DNA of 61,694 nucleotides, the filler included, from Cystobasidiomycetes sp. EMM_F5 (Eukaryota), in NCBI GenBank assembly GCA_051047955.1. It is 4 parts of 4 records of this genome, joined end to end, with 100 filler letters (N's around TTAATTAATTAA, not from the genome) between each part and the next. Parts side by side here need not be neighbours in the genome. Positions count along the whole stretch, not along the records: positions 52,043 to 61,694 come from JBPGPT010000077.1; 3 more parts are not named here. One strand, written 5' to 3'. How positions within the stretch are numbered: the stretch's first letter is position 1; the number at the start of each line of letters is the position of its first letter. The notes under the pieces are model-generated. The model saw only the letters and a list, made by a program, of their open reading frames with translations, did not search any database and was not told the origin of the DNA. Both the position numbers and the translations under genes were made by a program. Below, piece by piece: positions 52,613 to 61,694 of this stretch.

Positions 52613-55600
52613 TCGGCCAGGTCCAAGTGGCGGCAGTTATGTTTTAGTCTCGCTCCAACCAGACATGCACTGCAACATATACTGAGAATCTGGGAAATGT
52701 GTTATCCAAAGCTCGCAGGTTCTTCGCCAGATCTCGAGCGGACGTCGCGCCGTATTTCGTTTCCGCCTCAAGATCCTTTGCGCAAATAATGCCCTCAAAC
52801 CAAGACCCATACCGCATCACAACCAAGGCTGACAGAGAAGATCTGCAATAGAGACCGCCAAAGATCGCTGTAAATGTTTTGAGCGGATTGCTACAGCCTA
52901 TGAGAGTGAGTCAGTCGGCAAAAGCGTCAACATCGACGAATGCTGATATGCTCGTTTGACAGCTACTGCTTGGTCTTGAGGTCAACAAGCCTAGAGATAA
53001 CACAACCACGGCTCTATTGACTGTACTGTCGAACTCGTCTAGTAGCTTCCACTGACAATCTTACGTTTATTGGCCTTTCTCTTGCTCTCGTATATAGAAA
53101 CCTACAGTCCTCTTTCACTTTCACTATGCTTATCGTACTCTAAGCTACAACCTCTTTATTACCGATCTGCGCTATTGTATGGCTCAACATCGGAGATGTT
53201 GGCGTCGACCAGCTCACCAGATGAACAGACCGCGCGGCAAGACATCTCTGTTATCAGGGCATGCTTGTCACATGTCTCGACGCTAGGATTCAAACTATAC
53301 CCTGATGCAATCAATTCCAGCTCAAGACACGCCTCCTGAAGGTCGCACATGATCCATGGATCCCCAGTAACTTGTCTGCGAATCTAGAGCATCATCGGAG
53401 CCTTGATCTACACACAGTCTTGGATAAATTTGTTATAATTACTGAATGTTCTGAATTCGAAACCGTTCGTACGTACTGATGCCGAGTCTGCTTCTGCGCG
53501 GCGCGTCGTTTCACTTAATTTGGAAAACCTCGCGTCCCGTTGACTAATAGCCACACGGAGCCGTCTATCGTGCCTGCTCCAGACAAGATCATTGCTCAGT
53601 TGACCGCACAGGCCTACAATTCATCGCAATGTTTGGCCTCCCATCTCCACCGCTTCTCATCGTCATCGCTGCGGCACCTGGCAATCATAAGGTGAAACAA
53701 AGTGTCACACACTGCCGTCGTGACGTCAACACAGAAAGCTGATTCGGCGAGTGCTTAATGTAGGTAGCGTGGCCTTCAACGATGGCACAGGCATTCACTG
53801 CGTCTCTCTAGCCTTCGGCTCCAGGAGTCAAGGAGGCCAGTCTTCAAGAAAGTCTCTCAAGGCTAAGAGAGCTGCAAAGATTTCCACACGTACCGTGTGT
53901 CTGGCAGGTAGGCAGCGGATTTTGAGCATTGCGACTTTAATTCTGCAATATACACCCAAGCATAGGAGCCGACGAGTCTTGCCTACAGAGACGACCCATC
54001 CGTCCAATCGTCGTATCCAAGTCGTCCGAGCATCCTGCGTGAAAATCAACCGCGAAGGCCCGTGGGCTAGGTTCTTTTGCTTCTATGAAAGTAAATTGTC
54101 TCCATCCGGGGCCTGATCAGTGTCAGACGGCCTATCTATGCAGCGGTCACGGGTATGGTCCACTTGCAGCCACTCCGGGGGGCCGGCTGACAGGTTTGGG
54201 GTGAGGATTGATCCTGCTTCTGCCATCGAGTGACTGGCCACCGTCTTCAGCGCGGAACAACGCCGAGAAGGAATATACACCATATTCGAGGTGCAAAAGG
54301 CTTTCTGATGTGGTACTGACAAGAGCTTGTACAGAGACTGGCATTGACATCGAGTATCCACGGCAAGCTGCATGGCAGGGGCCAGGTTGGCATCAGCACC
54401 CCACCTCAATCAACATTATCGCTAAAATGCATGAATGTAAGTTCACTCGTACGGTAACCTGATGCATTCTGAGTCCGTATTCTTCCCAGGTCCGTATGGA
54501 ATCGTTACACGCAGTACAAATTCGTCAAGCAGATGTTCTTTTTCTGCTCAGGGCAACGGGTCGAGACCAGGTCTTGTTGAGTTTGGCTTGCACAATGTTT
54601 GTATGGAATACAATGCCGAGCAGTACTATGCCTGACGCGATCTCATCTTTTTGTGCTGTCTCATGCACAGATGCCTCTTTCTCCCGAACGCTCTTGAACT
54701 TAGTCCTCCTTGAGCGTACAAAGTCCACTCCACGGTCCGTACGGCCTCCCCTCCCACTCCTTCTCGTTGTCTTTGGCTCTTACGCCGTCTCGCGCTACTT
54801 CTTCCTTCGCATTTCTCCGGGAGATTGTTGATTGCGACAATCTCCGTGATTCCATTCGACTTGATTGTGCGCAACGCCTGGACTGCGGCCAGAATGTTCA
54901 ATTTGCAGTACAATCAACCCTTCATACAGAGCAACCCCGAAACTTCGATTGCTGTGTCTCGGTTTCGTCATGGCGACTAAGCAGTCTGCGAGTCACAAAG
55001 ACGCACAGACGATACGAGCAGGCGAAGGTTTTTTGATGGAGCTAATCAAAGGATCGGCCAGCATCAGTGTGAGTATCGTGTTGTACAAAACCTTGAGAAT
55101 CACTAACACAACTCACAACAATGTAGTCCTCACTGCGGTTCCACGAATGTTACAGCTCAATGCTTCTTTCCAGCTCGTGCATGCATGTACTACATTGTCC
55201 GAAGATCCCAACTCCACCCCTGTGCTGGCAACGCTTTACGATCTACATTGACACTCCGATGGTAAATATACTGCGACTTGCCGCCGGTCCAAGTATGGCG
55301 ATAGCTGGCTCCTTCGCATTACTCTTTGCCGGAAACGCTAGGCTGTACCCTATGTTCTCCTGGTCAGGCATTCGCGTGCTGGGGGCTGGGCCACCGGTGC
55401 TGCCGGGCTGATTCTACATTCAGGGTTGCCAAAAGTCTAGAAAGCATGCTTGCCCGGCTGCTGCAGTGCAGTGTTGGAACCTTGTCGAGCGGTTGCATGC
55501 AATATGTTGGATCAAACTACATGCGCCATCGACTGCATTGGTGATTCTCTACAAATTTTGTCAGCCAATTCCCCGAGAATCCCTCTTGCTGGCGCAGCGT

Positions 55601-58600
55601 GGCATTCACCGCCGTCGACTTAAATGCATATTCTACCTATCTTTTATCATCTATGTTTCATCTCTCCTGCCGACGCATCAATTTTCTGCTGTCCGGCGGC
55701 TGGAGAAACCGACATCGGCAACGTCCAGCTTGGGCGTTTTCAAGTGATACCAGGTGGCACTACTTCTGCCGTACAATAGTGGGGCTGCATAGTGCTCTGG
55801 TATCGCACAGTGGTGGTGTCTATCGCGAGGTGCTGGCTGCAGGATGATAACCACTCCCAGTGCAGCCGGCACAGAAGACGAGGAAATGGAGAGGCAGCCT
55901 CCTTGTTTGCTCAGATGCAGCCTCTTGCGGACAGTGCTGCTGGCGACCTCACTGCTGATTGCTCGCTTCGCGTTATCCGCTGGTTGTTGCCAACCCGCTA
56001 TCATGCGGTGTGCTGGCGTTTTCTGCAGGGAATGCAAGCGGCTGTTGATTCAGCTTCATACTTTGCGTCAAATTCGGTGCGCAACGAGCAGTTCATGTTC
56101 ACTCTGCATGGATGAAGTGCATCTGAGTATGGCAATAGATGGCACAGAACCCTTCAACCAATCTTAATCGCTCTTAAGCCCCGCTGTCAGTCCGACATAT
56201 GGTTATACGTCCTTTGCGAGACCTTCCGCTACTACACCTACCAAATCAAAGCACGCCCTATTGTGCAGTCACTACTCGCTCTACATATGCGGATCCATTT
56301 CGAGGCAAGGGCTAGGCTCGGCATTCGTAGAAGCCCGCGGATGGCGTCTCTGTCAAGATCGATATCGCTTTCTTGAACACTTGTGCGTAACTACGCAGGA
56401 TCTACTGTTGCTTAAACAGCTCGAAGCGACTGTCAATAAAGCGTTGCACGATCCGTCTACATCGGCAACCTACAAGAGGGCCGATGACAGCTGCTCACTG
56501 TATGATCAAGATCTGTAAGCCGTACACTTGGAAGATCCCGATCTTGTACTGAAGCCTTCTACCGTATTTCACCTCTCTTTCAATCCGACGGTCATAAAAG
56601 GCGACTTCGTCGGGAGTCTCAGAATGCACCAAGTGACCATTTTGCAGACCGCAGCAGTATTGCAACGAAACATACGTGCACGCTTCTCAACAAACGACTC
56701 TTGTATGTAAATTGCGGAAGCCACCTCTGGAGGTGTCATGTTACGTCCTCGGCAACTTCCGGCTGGTCAATCAAGCCGAAAGTATAGAATACGTGCGACC
56801 TTGGCCTATAGTACGTACCGTCAGTGATTGCTGATATCAGAGGGTATATCCTGAAGCTACTCGCCTTCGGTGTGTGCAGCAAGACATACACTCTGGGCAC
56901 AATGAACGCAAGGCAAGACGCAACAAAATGCGTGATGAGAATCGAAAAAACGACAGCGCCGCTCGTGCTGAAGCTCAAGTATTCTCGTTTGTCTAGGCGG
57001 TACAGGTCGAAGTAAGCCAGGTCCACCGTCAACGTTCCTCATGATGGTGCTCAACGATTGCGAGGGGAAAGAAGAAGGCCATTTTTTATTAGCATGGAAG
57101 ATGCCGCTACCTGCTCACTGAGCGTCTGGAAAGTTCTCTGCTGGAACTCCTATGAGAAATTTGTATCATATCGCTCGTACCAGGGTGAGCTTTACCTAAA
57201 ATTCCTCTGCACGTCTCCTTGCGCCGCATCTACCGGTTCGTTTCTTGACAGGGACAGTTCACTCGCTGCAAAGGACTCGCTTCGTCTGTTTGCATACCTC
57301 AGGCTGGCTGCAGCTGTCTGGCTGTCTGACTTGCTTTGACCTCCGACAAGAGCCTATCGATCTTCGAGCCCTGTAGCTGCCTCACATTTCCTCATCGCTC
57401 ACGTCAGCCGTATGGATTACTATGACACGCTGCTCTCTGGCAGTCCCTTTCCGGCCGACGTATTCGACTGGCGACTCTCCGCAAACAAGTTACGCAACGC
57501 ATTCTCCGATGTTGAGCCGAAACATCTGCCGAGAACAGTGCACTCCTGCTCGTGCGAAAAGGGCCACACCCGTAAGGGCAAAGTAAATATATCGTCTGAA
57601 CTCGTCGCGGAGATACTAGCAACAGCTCACGATTGTTTACTACTTGTCGCAAGCTGGCAATACCACTACTGTTCGCATACACATGTACTCTTACGCAACT
57701 CAAAGACTTGAGACCGCTGTCAAAGCGACTGACAAATGGAGTATACTCATGTTTTGCGATCTAATTGGGTTTGAACACGGCGGCCGCCACTCGGGAGTTC
57801 CATGTTGCTAATCCTCAAGACTCAGGCTGGGGATTGTTAGCGCGATGGCGCAACGAGAGCTGTTGCAGCAGCGGCACTCACTTCCTTGCGCCGATTCGAT
57901 TCTCTAGGATCTGCAGGCCCACTCAAGTAGATAATATCACAGGGGCAGGTGTGACCGGACGCTAACACAACGTCTGTTACGTCGTCTCTGGATACTGGCA
58001 TACTCTCCGTAATGACAACATCGAAAGCAGTATTCTTGCAGTTATGAAGTCTGAATTAATCTCGTCTAATGTATTTTCCATTGAACTGGGCAGGACTGCA
58101 ACTCAGACTACTCACACTCCGTTGAACCTCCAAACTGACCACTCCAAACCCTCAAGCGCTTTAAGTGGAAGTGCCGACACTACTCAGTATCCAAGTTGGG
58201 CTTCGATGATTCGCGCCACAACCTCGCATCATTGGAGGCCGGCATTGTGCAATTATGTCACTCGGACAAATGGATCGTCAGCTAATGCGGGCCATCCGTC
58301 AGTCTGAAAGTGGGCATCAATGGCATTCATGTCAACGATTAGGAAAAGGAAAGCTGAACGCTGGAATTGGACATAGCTTCGTACTTATTTTGGTGGCACT
58401 TTTGAGCTGCATTGGAAGTTAGAGCATAGCTGACACTGTGTCGTCTAATCGTGATCCGGGTTTGTAAATCTGAAAGGACCCACAGATAGGTTTGCCTCCT
58501 GCCGTTGAGCTTGCGACATCGCATAGTATTGGCCCTAGCGCCCGCAATCAAGGTCAAGCCGCAATCAACGTCTAGCAGCCATTTGGAGGCTGCGCGCCGA

Positions 58601-61433
58601 CCTATCATCGGCTGCCCATGGCTGCACATTTTACAGCGATCTCACAGTGAGCTGCAGTCCGTGTGGCTAAAGTAGTAGACGTGTCGCAGTCTTTAGAAGC
58701 GGATTGGAAAGACTGCTTGTTCAAGTGGTACGCAAATTGATTGTGGACATGTCTCTGCCATTAAGAAAGCTGTCGGACGGATAGCCTGCGATTAGCAAAC
58801 GGCTTCAGCGGTATTGTGCTCACGTAGCTCTAGACCAGTATCGTAGCGAAGGAGCAGGCTGAAACTGATGTTCTTAAGAGTTCAATGATAGGAATCCCCG
58901 GCATCATGCGCTCTCGGGCAAGTCTAGGCGAAGATCGGCCGGCAGGTAGAGCGCCGCTCAAATTGGCAATAGCTGTCGCTGTTGGAGATCTGCTCACAGC
59001 GTCAGAGATGTTTGTAGCATCCTCACCATGCGTAAGCGAGGGTAATATGAGTGACAGATGCTGAGGTTTTTGAAGTGTACTTCACGCTTTAGCTTTAGCT
59101 TTAGCTATCAGGGAGCCTGCATTTTGGCCACTGGTCTTCTGTGCTCAAATTTGTTCCTTGATGCTCTTCCTTGTATCATCCTGTATGCATCGATTGCAGT
59201 CTGTTGTCCTCTCCAGCTTGCGAAACCAGCGTCCATGCGTAATGGGAGCGAGGTCAGCTCGACGGGCTGCTTTTGAACGACGGTTTGCGTGTATCAAAAG
59301 CATGTATAGATGACAACAACCAAAGTTGTGGAGTACATTCAACAGCATCGAAATGCTGGATGTATCTTCCGAGCAATGGTGCGCTGTCGGCGCATTCGAC
59401 TCGCGACCATTGTGACTGTACGAGCTTGCTGCACCAGGATCATAGACTCAGACTTCGCACTGTACAGATCTACAGCAATTGTACTTCGAATCCGGACGTA
59501 TCATATTGAGTGTTGGCTGGATCACAAGACATACGAACAGGAGAAGCAGAACTTACAGCTATTACTTCAGTTCTGCAAGCCTATACCGGAAATTGAGGCA
59601 CGAAACGAGAGGCGCTATCCGTTGCAGCAGTCGGCAGCACGTTATGCACGCTCAGGCTTGCCTGTGATTCCATCTATGTCAGCCAGTTGATGCATTCAAA
59701 AGGCCAGTGAGCATTGTGCTCCCAGTACATACAGTCATCTCCGACCAGAAGCGCAGCACTGGCTGCTCAAGGCTTGGGTGGGTAGGATGTGTCTATTATG
59801 GATTGTGTATGCCTGTGGAAGGTTCGGCTCATTTGATTTTTGCAAGCCTGATTTGTGTGTCAGTACACTTATGCCAGAATCTGAATCGGAGAATGAACAG
59901 CCTCTGTGGATGTCGATCGGTACAGGTCAGCTAGATAGCTAAAGCTAACATCTTCAGGTACGGCTTATAAATGCAAGGCGTGAGTCACATGAGACACTTC
60001 TGCGAAAATGCAGCTTTCATCAAAGGTAACACGAGTCTCGATAATCAGCTGAGTGTACTTCTCGAGTGTGGCCAGTATCCAGTTGCATGACGATAGGGGC
60101 GCAAGATGTAGCCTCCATGCCATGACAGCATGCCTTGATCGTACGCAATGTTCAGGGTAAGCAGCAAAGCTGCTGTCGGCCCCATTGCGCCGCTCGCATC
60201 GTCCGTCGTTGTTTCTAGCACGTCGTACGATCCATTCCCCCCAGAAATCGTGTAGATAGAAAACCCGTTACCAAAGAATCTCGGATGCCTACAAGGATTT
60301 GTTGAGTCTGTCGCTATCCTACGCGGAAAAGCGTTAGCTATATGCTGTATGCGAAGCGCGATTAAACGCAAGATATCATTATCGCCATTGGATTCTGTGT
60401 CCTTCCAGCATTGAGCCGGACTGGAAGTCTAATCGTCGACAGATCGCCTTCGACAGATCGACAAGCGTGCCAGCCGCTAGATAAGTCATTGACGTAGCCT
60501 CACATCCGGTCAGTCTGTAGAAGCCTAGTTGCTCTCGTAGGCCACCGACGTGAGTGGTCGTCAAGCAGCCAACGCCCTTGACGGAAACGGCATGTCTGGA
60601 TCAGAAGCAGATAGGGCAGCCGCTTGGTAGCGTGCGAACTTGAAATTTTATTCTTGGTGCGAAAAGCCGTTATCTCGAATGCAGCCTGAGCGCAATACCA
60701 GCGGGAACTGATTCTCCAGACACTGCATCATCGCCGTTCTGCGCTGCCGTCAACGCAGTCATACATACGGCGCACATCTCTTGACTGAGTGTCTTAGGTA
60801 TGTCTGGCAAACTTGCCCGAGGAGAGCGACAGGTCATTCCTGACGGAGCGCAAAACGCCAGGTAAAAATAAGGCCACACCAAAGCCAATGCAGACAGCAA
60901 GTAACAAGGCACGCGCCTGGGTTTTTCCGGCGAGTACAATTGCGGACAGCTAATCTTCTTTGTCCGGACTACGCGTAGTGACCGCCATGCTCGAAAACCA
61001 GTGGCGATTGACACGTTGGGAAACAGCCAATTGTCTGTACACATTGGCTTTAGATTAGCACTTGAAGGCAGGATGATATCAATCGTTGCTCACTTAGGCG
61101 CATCCAGACAGAGTAGAGTGCAGATTGTGCTCCTGCAAGATTGGGCTCAAGTATCGAAACCATGGAACGAATATGGCGAACGAGGCAGCTGCGAGTGTAG
61201 CAATGAAGCAGCCGCAAAAATCAGCAAGGAGGGCACCCAGCTGCTTCGACGAGTACTGTCAGCTTGAGACACAGGTATCACTGACACTTGAAAAGTAACC
61301 GAATCAACCGTCATTTGTGAAATTACTTTGAAGTTCCGAAAGATCTTGACTTTGTCGGCGTTCGTACGTGTTCCTTCCGAGCGAAGTTTGGTGAGTCTTG
61401 CAGCGACGTCCGATACTGGTAAAGCTCCGTCAC

Positions 61434-61694
61434 GGTTAGTAGGGTTAGGGCTTTTATATAGTAGGGGTTAGGGTTAGGGCTTTAGTAGGGTTAGGGCTTT
61501 AGTAGGGGGTTAGGGTTAGGGTTAGTAGGGTTAGTAGGGTTAGGGTTAGGGTTAGGGTTAGGGTTAGGGTTAGGGTTAGGGGTTAGGGTTAGGGTTAGTA
61601 GGGTTAGTAGGGTTAGGGCTTTAGTAGGGTTAGGGTTAGTAGGGTTAGTAGGGTTAGTAGGGTTAGTAGGGTTAGTAGGGTTAGTAGGGTTAGT
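61434..61694 (+). repeat. Telomere with mixed units TTAGGG, TTAGTAGGG and CTTTAGTAGGG
   Basis: G-rich strand runs 5'->3' to the sequence end; the distal units are TTAGTAGGG x6. Confidence 0.97.

Noticed and set aside
54229..54270. DWPPSSARNNAE resembling Tc1/mariner WPxxSPDLNPIE
   Set aside because: The match is too weak and no other DDE motifs are nearby.
59086..59106. (GCTTTA)3 microsatellite resembling the telomeric CTTTAG variant
   Set aside because: Too short and lacks G runs; likely chance.

Overview
Intron-rich fungal nuclear DNA, most likely a basidiomycete yeast (inferred from short GT-AG introns, histone H4 ending in FGA and gene content). The window is not one locus. It is four contigs joined by artificial 100-nt N44-TTAATTAATTAA-N44 linkers in decreasing size order (21,548 / 15,100 / 15,094 / 9,652 bp). 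Contig 1 (1-21548) carries housekeeping genes: carboxypeptidase Y, long-chain acyl-CoA synthetase, a Zn2Cys6 factor, an MCH1-like MFS, a DUF6625-like glycosyltransferase, an MDM1/SNX13-like nexin and a FAS1 protein. It is bracketed by two inverted histone H4 3' ends. Contig 2 (21649-36748) has a divergent ADH/SDR pair, a full Ctf1-like Zn2Cys6 factor and an orphan copy of its last exon. Between the two factor copies lies an ~8.6-kb block with a GIY-YIG-like nuclease ORF, a UDG-like ORF and unusual repeat arrays. Contig 3 (36849-51942) is bounded by a 254-bp inverted repeat (6 mismatches) that reads in frame into F-box/LRR-like ORFs at both ends. It encloses a gentisate catabolic cluster: P450, Zn2Cys6 factor, gentisate 1,2-dioxygenase, a decayed ALDH and an ADH remnant. 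Contig 4 (52043-61694) is a gene-poor subtelomere starting in a Ty3/gypsy protease fragment. It ends in a mixed TTAGGG / TTAGTAGGG / TTAGGGCTTTAGTAGGG telomere that fits one long telomerase template used in three registers. Family calls come from motif recognition only; no searches were run.
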